Origin: a virus
Virus record (IMG/VR): IMGVR_UViG_3300046779_002349
Location: 1 to 64,000 of that record
Reading direction: 5' to 3' (one strand)
Length of the DNA stretch: 64,000 nt
This document shows positions 29,900 through 39,237 of this stretch, in pieces. Position 1 is the stretch's first letter, and each line of letters begins with the position of its first letter. The notes below the pieces were generated by a model. The model saw only the letters and a program-made list of their open reading frames with translations. It was not told the DNA's origin and ran no database searches. A program made the position numbers and the translations under genes.

Positions 29900-30348
29900 A
29901 ATGTAATAGTTTTTTTCTCTAGGTTTACTTTTTTAGAAGGGATTGATAACTGACCTAAAACATCACCTAATAGCCTGTCAAATGTGTAAGTAGATACCCA
30001 TTGTGGTCTATCGGTAGCTATATCTTCGGTGTGATACTCTAATATAGGATACTCTACAGAAAACTCATGAAATTCAATCTTTAGCTCGTTTAAATCGATT
30101 AAACCAGTTACCCAGACTTTATTAGGTTCGGAAAACTCAGTATTAGCCATACCGGTAATTAAGGTTTCTAAAGCATCCATAAACTCATCAATAAGGCTTT
30201 GATTTTCGGAATAACCTAATTCAAAGGTTAAAGTATTATCTTGGGGGTTTTCTATGTAGACATCCCCACGAAATTGAATTTCGGAAGTACCAAACACCGG
30301 ACCTAACGCTGCTGCCTGTTCTTTCGTTATACTTAGCGGTACAATCAT
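29896..30348 (-). CDS. Hypothetical protein, tandem paralogue family A
   Basis: Close match to 30345-30791 (GTS.IQF.G.VY...NTL.F...SEP.K.WV.G.I.L). Confidence 0.65.
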   Translation of the reverse strand: MIVPLSITKEQAAALGPVFGTSEIQFRGDVYIENPQDNTLTFELGYSENQSLIDEFMDALETLITGMANTEFSEPNKVWVTGLIDLNELKIEFHEFSVEYPILEYHTEDIATDRPQWVSTYTFDRLLGDVLGQLSIPSKKVNLEKKTITL

Positions 30349-30791
30349 AATGTAATAATCTTTTTTTCTAAAGTGATTTGTTTATCCTGTACAGGAAATT
30401 GCGTAATATCCAGCATTAGTTTATCGAAGTGATTATCTGATTCTTCGATATTCCTGTTCGCTATTTCTTCTACTTCATAGGTCTCTACTGGGTAATCTAC
30501 ACTGAATGTGAAAAACTCAACGTATGCTTTCTCCAGATTAATAACTCCTTGAACCCATGCTTTATACGGCTCTGAGACAGTGTAATATGCTTTATTGCAG
30601 ATTAATGCATCAATAGCAGAAAGCAGGTCATTAAGAAGGTGTTCGTTGTCTTTTACATCGCTTGTAAAAGACAACGTATTCTCTTCTGAGTTACACATGT
30701 ATACTATTCCGCTAAATTGAATTGCACTCGTTCCTAGTAAATGGGCCAGGGCTGCGACATTCTTTTTGGGTATAGTTATCGGAACTATCAT
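30345..30791 (-). CDS. Hypothetical protein, tandem paralogue family A
   Basis: See 29896-30348. Confidence 0.65.
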   Translation of the reverse strand: MIVPITIPKKNVAALAHLLGTSAIQFSGIVYMCNSEENTLSFTSDVKDNEHLLNDLLSAIDALICNKAYYTVSEPYKAWVQGVINLEKAYVEFFTFSVDYPVETYEVEEIANRNIEESDNHFDKLMLDITQFPVQDKQITLEKKIITL

Positions 30792-31216
30792 AAGGTTAAT
30801 TCATTGAGAGAGTAATTCTCTTCATAGTTTAACGAGTCAACTGCATCGGAGCCTTGGATCGTAAAACCTTCTTTACCTTTTTTATTGTCATTAATACGTC
30901 TTTCCTTAACAGAGCATCTAATATTCCCTGTCTCGAAATCAATATTAAACTTCCAGATGACTGCAAGCTTCGTGCTAGTCACTACTTTTGCAACGCAGTA
31001 GCTGAGCAGAAGTGTATTTGCTAAACTCTCCGCTAGCTCTACTAGGTCTGGTTGGATCTCTTCCATATCTACACTCAAGTCAGAAGAAGCGGAATCTCTA
31101 TAGTTATAGAAAAACTCTTCGTTCCACTCAATAATGTCGATCTCTATAAAGCTCAGATGGTATAGCTGACGTTGGGCTAGTTCTTCTTTTAGGTATTCTT
31201 CTACTGTGTTGATCAT
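30788..31216 (-). CDS. Hypothetical acidic protein, possibly a diverged family A member
   Basis: 142 aa; ends NELTL. Confidence 0.55.
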   Translation of the reverse strand: MINTVEEYLKEELAQRQLYHLSFIEIDIIEWNEEFFYNYRDSASSDLSVDMEEIQPDLVELAESLANTLLLSYCVAKVVTSTKLAVIWKFNIDFETGNIRCSVKERRINDNKKGKEGFTIQGSDAVDSLNYEENYSLNELTL

Positions 31217-31806
31217 AGGATGATTAGTTTGTTAGTTCTTCGGAAATTCCAGGCAGTTACAATATCATTTAATTCAATGTCTACATCAAGAGCAGCTACA
31301 TGTGGTTTTTTTGAAGCTCTTCCATGTTCTTCAGTAAGTTCGTTAAACAGCGTACGAGCACAGCGGTAATTGCTGTACCACCAAGGAAACAGATTGTCTG
31401 ATACATCTTTTTTCTTTGTGTACGCTGCGTATGACTTAAGGATCATAGGTACATCGAAATCAGAGCCCCAAGCGTAAATGTGGGATTTCTTCTCCAGAGT
31501 ATCGGTGCACCATTTTACAAATCTATCGACCCCAACCTGAAGATCCTCTCCTTGTTGTGTCATCAATTCTTCAATTTTGCGACCTTGGTTAACATGCCAG
31601 TTTAAAGTTTCTTGGTCATATCTCAAACCAGCAGCTAACTGACTTTTAACGTCCAAGACAGATGTAAATAAATCTTTTTTAATAACATGATTACCTTCAA
31701 TAGAAAAAGCTCTTGCGGCAATCTCCGTAATTACTACGCCTCCGTCCGTTACTTTGTCTGGACTTAGGGTTTCTATATCTATGATTAGCTTGTTTGCTTT
31801 ACTCAT
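31213..31806 (-). CDS. DEDDh 3'-5' exonuclease (RNase AS/DUF5051-like)
   Basis: IIDIETL, TLNWH, WGSDFDVPMI, YRCARTL, HVAALDV. Confidence 0.8.
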   Translation of the reverse strand: MSKANKLIIDIETLSPDKVTDGGVVITEIAARAFSIEGNHVIKKDLFTSVLDVKSQLAAGLRYDQETLNWHVNQGRKIEELMTQQGEDLQVGVDRFVKWCTDTLEKKSHIYAWGSDFDVPMILKSYAAYTKKKDVSDNLFPWWYSNYRCARTLFNELTEEHGRASKKPHVAALDVDIELNDIVTAWNFRRTNKLIIL

Positions 31807-32281
31807 TAGTTTTGTTTTTTAGTGCGGCTATTCTATTTTGCATGTACTCCCGAGCAAAGTGGTTTGCCGTGTGCACGTATATACCCTCTGGGTTCATACC
31901 ATTATTCAATAAGAATTCTAGACAAGAGATACCATTGTCTGTAAATTTATTTACATCGAAAACGTCGGTGTCTCCACTGAGAAAATAATTCATGTGGGCT
32001 TCCGTGAGATCGTTGTCCAGAGATACCAACCTAGGCAACCCCTTCTGATAGATCGTTTCTACAAACTCATCGTATGATCTGACTACAGTCCATTGAAACG
32101 CTAATGTCTTAGTGTGTTCAAGTAGTGTTACATTCCGCCCGTGCAAGAATGCCTGACTAGGACTTCTCTGATCATCTAGAAACAAGTTATATCCTTTATT
32201 AAATATTTTGTCGTAGTTGGAGTTATATTTTTCCATGTCTACTTTTCTGTATGCGTCTCCTTTTCCTCCGTGCCAAGACAT
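31799..32281 (-). CDS. Cyclic-phosphate-processing receiver domain protein with an N-terminal GKGD peptide
   Basis: LFLDDQRSP...WTVVRSYDEF...VSLDNDL...GISCLEFL...IYVHTAN. Confidence 0.75.
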   Translation of the reverse strand: MSWHGGKGDAYRKVDMEKYNSNYDKIFNKGYNLFLDDQRSPSQAFLHGRNVTLLEHTKTLAFQWTVVRSYDEFVETIYQKGLPRLVSLDNDLTEAHMNYFLSGDTDVFDVNKFTDNGISCLEFLLNNGMNPEGIYVHTANHFAREYMQNRIAALKNKTNE

Positions 32282-32787
32282 AATTTTTCTTCTTTTTCTT
32301 CTAAGTTGATTAATTCAAATCTTCCGTATTTTCCCGTGTAACTTCCCCAAGGGCTTAATCCAAAGAATTTTCCTATGCATGTTAAAATTAATTTAAGTTC
32401 ATCATCTGTTGGAGGTCTTAACCCATTAATTTTTGTCGTTTTAGGTAGCTTATTGAGAACTAGTAACTCCAAGGTCAGGACGCTACCTCCACGAATAGCC
32501 TCATGACTCACGCTCTTTTTTTGTCCAGATATCTTGTCTGTATATTTGCGATTATACAAAACAAAAGTAGGTCTTCTAATAGGAAGAATTTCTACTACAA
32601 AATCAGGATCTACCAAATGATCTAATCTCATTAAACAAATAGCTTCCTCTAAAGCCCATCTAAACACGTCGTTGTTCAAATACATCGTACTAGAATCGTT
32701 AGTTCTTTCAAACCGTTTGACCCCAGTGCCGTCTTCCTTGTCTCCAAGTAAAGGAGACTCTAGCCTTATTTTTGCAATTTTGATCAT
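32239..32787 (-). CDS. Solo RAMP / Cas7(Csm3)-like protein
   Basis: IRLESPLLG; SHEAIRGGSVLTLEL; ELKLILTCIGKFFGLSPWGSYTGKYGRFEL (Gly-rich loop); start MIKIAK at 32787. Confidence 0.5.
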   Translation of the reverse strand: MIKIAKIRLESPLLGDKEDGTGVKRFERTNDSSTMYLNNDVFRWALEEAICLMRLDHLVDPDFVVEILPIRRPTFVLYNRKYTDKISGQKKSVSHEAIRGGSVLTLELLVLNKLPKTTKINGLRPPTDDELKLILTCIGKFFGLSPWGSYTGKYGRFELINLEEKEEKLCLGTEEKETHTEK

Positions 32788-32801
32788 AATATTAATCTCG
32801 A

Positions 32802-32833
32802 GGACATGCTTCACTAAATAATGAAGCATGTCC
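32802..32833. terminator. 12-bp perfect hairpin between sbcC and the RAMP-like gene, T-run on the plus side
   Basis: GGACATGCTTCA-8 nt-TGAAGCATGTCC followed by AGATTTTTTTT. Confidence 0.5.
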
Positions 32834-32842
32834 AGATTTTTT

Positions 32843-35341
32843 TTATAAATGGATACTGGTAGTGTAAGCAGAGCTCAAAGTTTCCTTGTGGTCGCAGATA
32901 ATCAACTGCATGTCGGCAGCTTCTAGTTCTGGACGAATTTTCACTAAGAAATCTCTAAGGTCATCTACACCAGTTTCGTCGACATGATTAGATGGTTCAT
33001 CAAGAATCACAAATCCTAGGTTGGGTACCAGTACTTGCTGCACAGCCATAATAAACGCTAGACATAGACGCACCCTTTGACCCCCAGACATATGTCCTTG
33101 AGGCAGCCAGTAGTCTTCGCCTGTATCATGACGTTTAAACTGGAATCTAAGAGGATTGTCCTCGTCTTGTCGAATCTCGAACTGTACGTTTAACTTCTGC
33201 AGGTTTTCTTTAGTAGTCTGAATGAGATTCTCAAACTTAGCGGTTACATAAGCCTGTGGAATACCTTCGCGACTAAACTGATCTTTGAGTACCGTCAATT
33301 CTGCAATGACCGCCAATATAGGACCCGCTTCTTCTCTTTGTTTAAAAAGGAGTTCTAGATCCTTCCGAAGATTGTCACAGACCGCCTTATTAATTCCAAG
33401 GCTTTGCGTGTGAAAATCTTTCTTATTAAAGAACTCTCTAAGGGCTTTTACCTTATCACGCATTTGTGGTATGTGCGCGAAATCTAGAGGTAACGAATCT
33501 AGTAGGGCAATAAGCTTTTCTTCCGTACTCGCAATTTGTTCCGCAACAAAAGAAGTGGCAGATTCTGCCAATTTGTGCTCTTCTGTTGCTTTTTGAAATG
33601 CTTCTACTAACTTTCTCTCCTCCTCGGTTACCTGAGTTATCGATTGTGTTTTAAGAGATTCAATTTCTTTTCTTACCTGCCCAACTACACCATTAATATA
33701 TTGAGTGTAAGAATCTAGATCAAGCTTCGACACATTAGTTCTAATCTCTACAAGATCCCAACTTTTAGCTGTATCCACTAGAGACTGAACAAGCCGAGCT
33801 GTCTGATCTTCGTGGGTAGCTATGTCTAGAACCAAGCGGTCAAGTGAATCTTTTATATGGTTAGCACGCCCTAAATACTCTTTTATAATTACATTCCTGT
33901 GGATAAACTCACAGATGTTATCTGGGATTTGTGTAATTGATCTCAGAGTATTCAGCCTCTGCGTATTGCTTGCAATGTCCCCCTGTATAACACCAAGCTG
34001 ACTTTTTAACTGTTTTCCACTCTCCAGAAGAGCCTCTGCTCCATTTTTGAGTTCCTCCAGTTTTTGCTTCTGCGCTTTAACCACCAGCTCAGGAACTACA
34101 GACCCACAAACCGTACAGTTCAAATCCTGACAGTCACTTGCGTCTGCATAAATATGCATGGAATTAATCTCGGCGGTTAGAGTTGCGTACTTATCCCGCT
34201 TTTTCTGAATCTTCTCCTGTAGTTCAATTTCCTTTGCCTTATACAACTCCAATCGCTGTAACACCTCGGGAATAAGGCGATCGCGACTCTCGATATAGGA
34301 TTCGTAATTAGCTAAGGTGAATGTATCCACCGGACAGATTTTGCAAAATTCAGAGATCAGATTTCTAACCTCTGGAGAAGTAGTAGACAACGTGTCTTCC
34401 CATTTTTTCAATTTTTCTAAGTTAGTCTTAATCATATTGATGGTACTCAAGATTGTACCAGTCAACACTTTCTCTTTACTTTGTAAATTAATGATGAGGC
34501 CATTAATATCACTCTTTCCTGAGTCTAGGAGTAGGCGATTTTGAATTTCGCTAATCTGATTGTTTCCGTTTAAAGAATTAAGTTTTTCCTTCAACTTCAA
34601 CATATCCATAGACTTGTGGCGTAATTGGATATCTAGATTTTCTAGCATCAGAAGAAGACTCTCTGCATTACTCAGAGATTCTCTATCAATCTTAGGTAAA
34701 TTATTAAGCTCTTCTTCAATTGCTTTACCTTCATTAATTTTAACAACTACTTGTTCCTCCAGGGCTTGAATCCTATTATTAAGCATCGGATCAATTCTAG
34801 CGGATAAGTTATTAATCTTTGCAGCAATTGCTTTATAAGCGTCCTGCAAATGTCCGATGTCTAGAATCTTAATAAGCAACTTTTCCTGCTCTGCTGCTGT
34901 GCCGAATAGAATATTCTTTAGATCTCCTTGAGGGATATAGAGAATATTTTCCAATGTACTTACATCAGTACCAAGAATGTTACCAATCTGCTCGTCTACT
35001 TGATCTGCATAAGTATACGTATTTCCGTTACTGAGAGTAAGCAACCGCTCACTACCTTTTACCGCTAGAGTACGAGAGATAGTAAACGATTCCGACTGCC
35101 TAGTAAACTGAGCTTCAATTTCAGCCGATTTTGCCCCACCAGGTAATCCGTAGTGGCGGATGTAGTCGGATGCTGTTTTCTTCTGTGGGAGCGTACCACG
35201 GAGGCAGTAGGCGATTCCGGTGAGTAGTGTAGTCTTCCCAGCGCCATTAGCTCCAGTAAAACCAACGATATTACCTTCCAGAGTAATATCCTTCTCCTTG
35301 TGACCTGCCCAATTTTTTAATTTTAGTTTATCTAATTTCAT
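32843..35341 (-). CDS. sbcC: SbcC/Rad50-like ATPase
   Basis: GANGAGKT, coiled coils, CTVCG zinc hook, MSGGQ, ILDEPS, CDH. Confidence 0.92.
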   Translation of the reverse strand: MKLDKLKLKNWAGHKEKDITLEGNIVGFTGANGAGKTTLLTGIAYCLRGTLPQKKTASDYIRHYGLPGGAKSAEIEAQFTRQSESFTISRTLAVKGSERLLTLSNGNTYTYADQVDEQIGNILGTDVSTLENILYIPQGDLKNILFGTAAEQEKLLIKILDIGHLQDAYKAIAAKINNLSARIDPMLNNRIQALEEQVVVKINEGKAIEEELNNLPKIDRESLSNAESLLLMLENLDIQLRHKSMDMLKLKEKLNSLNGNNQISEIQNRLLLDSGKSDINGLIINLQSKEKVLTGTILSTINMIKTNLEKLKKWEDTLSTTSPEVRNLISEFCKICPVDTFTLANYESYIESRDRLIPEVLQRLELYKAKEIELQEKIQKKRDKYATLTAEINSMHIYADASDCQDLNCTVCGSVVPELVVKAQKQKLEELKNGAEALLESGKQLKSQLGVIQGDIASNTQRLNTLRSITQIPDNICEFIHRNVIIKEYLGRANHIKDSLDRLVLDIATHEDQTARLVQSLVDTAKSWDLVEIRTNVSKLDLDSYTQYINGVVGQVRKEIESLKTQSITQVTEEERKLVEAFQKATEEHKLAESATSFVAEQIASTEEKLIALLDSLPLDFAHIPQMRDKVKALREFFNKKDFHTQSLGINKAVCDNLRKDLELLFKQREEAGPILAVIAELTVLKDQFSREGIPQAYVTAKFENLIQTTKENLQKLNVQFEIRQDEDNPLRFQFKRHDTGEDYWLPQGHMSGGQRVRLCLAFIMAVQQVLVPNLGFVILDEPSNHVDETGVDDLRDFLVKIRPELEAADMQLIICDHKETLSSAYTTSIHL

Positions 35342-36453
35342 ACGATGTGTGGAATTTTATCCTGAACAAACTTTTCTACTACCTTTTCAAAGTTACTCGT
35401 TTTTAAGCACAATTCTGTAGCTACGTCAACTAGACTAGTTCCAGAAAGGCGATCTGCTACTAGCTCAGGTAATGTAATAGTACCGCTTTTTCTTTCTGTA
35501 TTTGTAACTACAGTAGAAGGAGCTTCATTGGAGTAACGTACAATGTCGTTATACTTTCCTTCTCTTGTGTTTAACGCAGATTTAAACTGATCGAATAAAT
35601 AGAATCTTTCGTCTAGATAATACTTCAAGTTGATCAATAGAGGTTCGTTTGTTGTGAGAACCTGGTGAATAATATTTGCTGTGACATCTGGGCAGTAAAG
35701 ATCGGCGTCGATAAATGGTCTAGTAATTAGAGGAATTTCTACCATAGCCAATGTATCAAAGTCAACTATTGTACAGGACTTAGCTGGAGGCTCCAAAACT
35801 CCGCTAGCCATTTCAATAGGTCCAGGATACCCACAAAGAATTTTATTTCCATTGGTTCTAGTTTGCTCAAAGTACTGTCGCTTATGGATATCTCCAAATA
35901 GAAACAGTTTTGTGTTCAAGTGCTCCGAATACTGGATGAACTCATTAAGAGAAATGTAGTTTCCATTATCGAATCCTGCACACTCCTTCATGCTCCCGTG
36001 CCAGACAATAATGTCAATTTGCTCAGTAAGTCGGGCTAGATCCTCTTCGATTTTCTTTCTGCTGGTTTCTAGAACCCCTCTAATTTTTACTCCTTTAAAG
36101 TCTACCGTAGTGTCGTCAATTGTGATAATACCCCGATCATTATGTTTCTTGTTTAGAGATATCCAGGATGGGTCGTCCTGATCGTGATTTCCTGTAATGG
36201 TGAACATCGGAATACCAGCTTCTACTAGCATATCGTGAATTTCCATTAATTGGTGAATTACAATAGATGGTGGTCTCTTCTTGTCTAAGATATCGCCACC
36301 ATTAATAATACAATCTATCTTTCCTTGTCTGTGAAGTAGAATAGCGTCATTTACTAGGCGTTTTGCAGCGGCGAAGAACTCTAGACCTCTTTCGTAGTTT
36401 CCGTACTGAGTGTCGCGTAAGTGCCAGTCTGCTGTATGTAATATTTTTATCAT
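35338..36453 (-). CDS. sbcD: SbcD/Mre11-like nuclease
   Basis: HTADWHL, GGDILD, GNHD, FGDIH, YPG. Confidence 0.92.
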   Translation of the reverse strand: MIKILHTADWHLRDTQYGNYERGLEFFAAAKRLVNDAILLHRQGKIDCIINGGDILDKKRPPSIVIHQLMEIHDMLVEAGIPMFTITGNHDQDDPSWISLNKKHNDRGIITIDDTTVDFKGVKIRGVLETSRKKIEEDLARLTEQIDIIVWHGSMKECAGFDNGNYISLNEFIQYSEHLNTKLFLFGDIHKRQYFEQTRTNGNKILCGYPGPIEMASGVLEPPAKSCTIVDFDTLAMVEIPLITRPFIDADLYCPDVTANIIHQVLTTNEPLLINLKYYLDERFYLFDQFKSALNTREGKYNDIVRYSNEAPSTVVTNTERKSGTITLPELVADRLSGTSLVDVATELCLKTSNFEKVVEKFVQDKIPHIV

Positions 36454-36454
36454 G

Positions 36455-36907
36455 TTACAATGTTATCGTTGTCTTACTTAAGTTTAATTTCTTAGAGTTA
36501 TGTAGAAGCGTAAAGTCCATGGTTTCTGAAAGAATAAATCTGCCTGGTATATTTATTCCGTTTTCTTTTAAATTATGTGTAGTAAATAAACATGCGTTAT
36601 GCGGCATAGAATTTAAAAACTGTACAAATGTAGGAACGGATACAGAACCAATGTCTAAATACGGGTATGCGTAATCATTTTGATTCCTAGTATCCCCGTC
36701 TATATGCAGGTTCAACCCGTAAGCTGCATGCATATAAAACTTAGGAGCACTAACAGAAGTGTTTGTGGAATGTCTTATACCGACACCCGACTTAATCCAA
36801 TGCGTAATAATGGACAGCTCTTCTTGGGTAAATAGAAGTAAAGTGTTACCTGTACCTCTTTTAAATATATCCATAATTGGGAAATAAATTTTTTTATCGT
36901 CACTCAT
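36455..36907 (-). CDS. Hypothetical protein, tandem paralogue family B
   Basis: DIFK...EL...K.G...YPY...LP...LNLSKTTITL shared across the family. Confidence 0.65.
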   Translation of the reverse strand: MSDDKKIYFPIMDIFKRGTGNTLLLFTQEELSIITHWIKSGVGIRHSTNTSVSAPKFYMHAAYGLNLHIDGDTRNQNDYAYPYLDIGSVSVPTFVQFLNSMPHNACLFTTHNLKENGINIPGRFILSETMDFTLLHNSKKLNLSKTTITL

Positions 36908-37350
36908 AATATTATAGTTGTTTTACTTAAGTTTAATTGCTTTTCGTGTCTTAGCACCCACAAATCTTTGTACAGAGTACAAGAAATCCCAGCTTTAGCT
37001 AATTCGGAAAATTCTTCTTCTCTTTTTTCGTAGGCAATCAAAACAGTTCTTGGGGGTAATTTTTTAATTGCCGCGCATAAATCATAACCTTCAGTTTGCG
37101 AAGGTGCGTAAGGATAAAATCGATCGCGTACATGGTCCTCCAAGTCTATAGTTAAATGATCTTTGCTGTGCTCAGTAATGTAACGTGCAACTGTGTGTGC
37201 CGCTACAGTATTAATACCAAATCTAGCCATCCCTGCAGCTTTAAAAGCATTCGTTACAACCTCAAGTTCTGCCTCTGACAGCAGCTCAAGCTCTGTTTCT
37301 GATTTACATTTTAATACGTCGAATACACACATGTTAAATACTAAGCTCAT
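36904..37350 (-). CDS. Hypothetical protein, tandem paralogue family B
   Basis: Same motifs as above. Confidence 0.65.
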   Translation of the reverse strand: MSLVFNMCVFDVLKCKSETELELLSEAELEVVTNAFKAAGMARFGINTVAAHTVARYITEHSKDHLTIDLEDHVRDRFYPYAPSQTEGYDLCAAIKKLPPRTVLIAYEKREEEFSELAKAGISCTLYKDLWVLRHEKQLNLSKTTIIL

Positions 37351-37802
37351 AATATTATCGTTGTTTTGCTTAAGTTTGTATAATCCCCATGTAATACGAA
37401 CGAATTTCCATACCTACGACACGCAACCCCTGCTTGAATTACTTCTGAGAAAGCCTCCGTTTGTGCGTAAGCAATTAAAACGAACCTGGTAGGTAATGTT
37501 TTAATAAGTTTGACTAAATCACAAGGATCTATGACTACATAAGGGTACAATCTATTCGCTTCCTGATCGGTAAAGGGTATGCTTAACTGTGCATCGCTGT
37601 AGTGATAAACGCAACGAGCAATTCTAGCTACACGTAAATAATTACTACTCAAGGATTCCGGAATACCGGCATCTTTAAAAATGTGGCCCACCTGCACAAG
37701 CTCAGATTCTGTCAGCACTGTCAGCTGCGTCGGTGTCTTAAATTTTAATATGTCAAATACCTTATATTCTATTATACCTGCTACAGACTCAAAGGACTTC
37801 AT
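37347..37802 (-). CDS. Hypothetical protein, tandem paralogue family B
   Basis: Same motifs as above. Confidence 0.65.
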   Translation of the reverse strand: MKSFESVAGIIEYKVFDILKFKTPTQLTVLTESELVQVGHIFKDAGIPESLSSNYLRVARIARCVYHYSDAQLSIPFTDQEANRLYPYVVIDPCDLVKLIKTLPTRFVLIAYAQTEAFSEVIQAGVACRRYGNSFVLHGDYTNLSKTTIIL

Positions 37803-38242
37803 AATATTATCGTTTTCTTACTTAAATTTAATAGTCTTTTATTACGTAGTACAGTTAAGTTAGGGCTTACGTAATACACAAACCCCTTATATTCCTCTTT
37901 AATGTAATCTGTAGCATCCGAGTGAGTAACTAAGCATATGTCTGGGGGCAATCTTGATATTAATTGGTGAAGCTCAATAACTTCTCGTTTAATATAAATT
38001 AGATAAGGGTATGTTATATCTAGGTGATTGTCGTCGATAAGCACTTTAAATTTAGTGGAATTTGCCTCTAAAAGTGCTTTAATACTGCTCATGGGTACTT
38101 TAGAGTGCCCGAAACTCTTAATTCCTGATTTCTGAAAAATACGGTTTAATTCTTCTAATTCTGAGCTATTTAAAAATACAAAAGAGTTATCTGATTGTAG
38201 TTTAAATATATCGAACATTGGGTAATTTACTCCTAGACTCAT
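37799..38242 (-). CDS. Hypothetical protein, tandem paralogue family B
   Basis: Same motifs as above. Confidence 0.65.
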   Translation of the reverse strand: MSLGVNYPMFDIFKLQSDNSFVFLNSSELEELNRIFQKSGIKSFGHSKVPMSSIKALLEANSTKFKVLIDDNHLDITYPYLIYIKREVIELHQLISRLPPDICLVTHSDATDYIKEEYKGFVYYVSPNLTVLRNKRLLNLSKKTIIL

Positions 38243-38718
38243 AACGTTATGTTCACTGATTTGTGTATTAATGTTTTATTATTTTTAAGTAAAAAAGCAT
38301 CGGAGAATGAATTAATAACAAACGACTCTACATTATATTCTGCAGCTTTATTTGCATATGCAAGAACAGCTATGTCTGTTGGTAATTTTGATATTATTGC
38401 AGGGAGTGTAGAACTACCGCATATTTTTTGAGCGGGGGGAAAGGCGGTTTGAGGTAAACAGAATACACGAGTATCTCCTGGTAGTCGGGAAGAACACTTT
38501 ATATTTCTACTTTTTAACCCACTTACAACTTCTCTCCATTCTACGTTGAATCCCCTACTTTCTACTCTGCTTTTGTTTATGTTCAGAACTAAAGCTATTA
38601 CGTTTATAATATTTTCATAGTCTTCCTTAAGAGGATTAGAAACAACAAGATTGTTGTCTATTTTAAAAAAGTCACATAATGGTATAGGTAACATAATCTT
38701 TCTCATAGTTTCACTCAT
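38239..38718 (-). CDS. Hypothetical protein, diverged family B member
   Basis: DFFK...ISKLPTDIAVLAY...VNITL. Confidence 0.6.
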   Translation of the reverse strand: MSETMRKIMLPIPLCDFFKIDNNLVVSNPLKEDYENIINVIALVLNINKSRVESRGFNVEWREVVSGLKSRNIKCSSRLPGDTRVFCLPQTAFPPAQKICGSSTLPAIISKLPTDIAVLAYANKAAEYNVESFVINSFSDAFLLKNNKTLIHKSVNITL

Positions 38719-38935
38719 TTACGTCTACGTTTTTGTTAATCATTTCTTTTACAACATATAAAGCCATGGACACTCCCTGCTCATATACATCATCTAGGTC
38801 GTCTTGTTTAACAGCGGTCAACAATGCTTTCTGAGACTCAATTTCAGCAATAACTTCTCTAATAATTTTTTCTCTCATTTTTGCATTATTGCGTTTACCG
38901 ATGTAATTTGTGAGGATGTTTGTGATCGCTTTCAT
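38711..38935 (-). CDS. Hypothetical protein (likely start MKAITN)
   Basis: A later start avoids overlap with 38961-39197. Confidence 0.5.
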   Translation of the reverse strand: MKAITNILTNYIGKRNNAKMREKIIREVIAEIESQKALLTAVKQDDLDDVYEQGVSMALYVVKEMINKNVDVNE

Positions 38936-38960
38936 AATGTTTGTTTTCTTTTTGTCCTGG

Positions 38961-39197
38961 TTAGTTATAAAGTCCTTTTTTGTCTTCACCAAGAGAGAAA
39001 TTAATCTCTCTTCCAAAGAGGTATACAGCAAAGCCATACATACCCCAGTAAGGGTCGTAGTGTGCCCTTCTAAATCTAGGAAGATACCTAAATATAGGGT
39101 TTCCTCCATCACAAAATACTCTTATGTATTTTGTCCAAATAATTTTTTTGGCGTGTAATGGATAAGTGAACACGCGCAGAATAAAATAACGTAGCAT
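38961..39197 (-). CDS. Small hypothetical protein
   Basis: 78 aa ORF. Confidence 0.4.
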   Translation of the reverse strand: MLRYFILRVFTYPLHAKKIIWTKYIRVFCDGGNPIFRYLPRFRRAHYDPYWGMYGFAVYLFGREINFSLGEDKKGLYN

Positions 39198-39237
39198 AAA
39201 TCCGGCTTATGCGGGACAGCTGTTAAAATACTTATTT

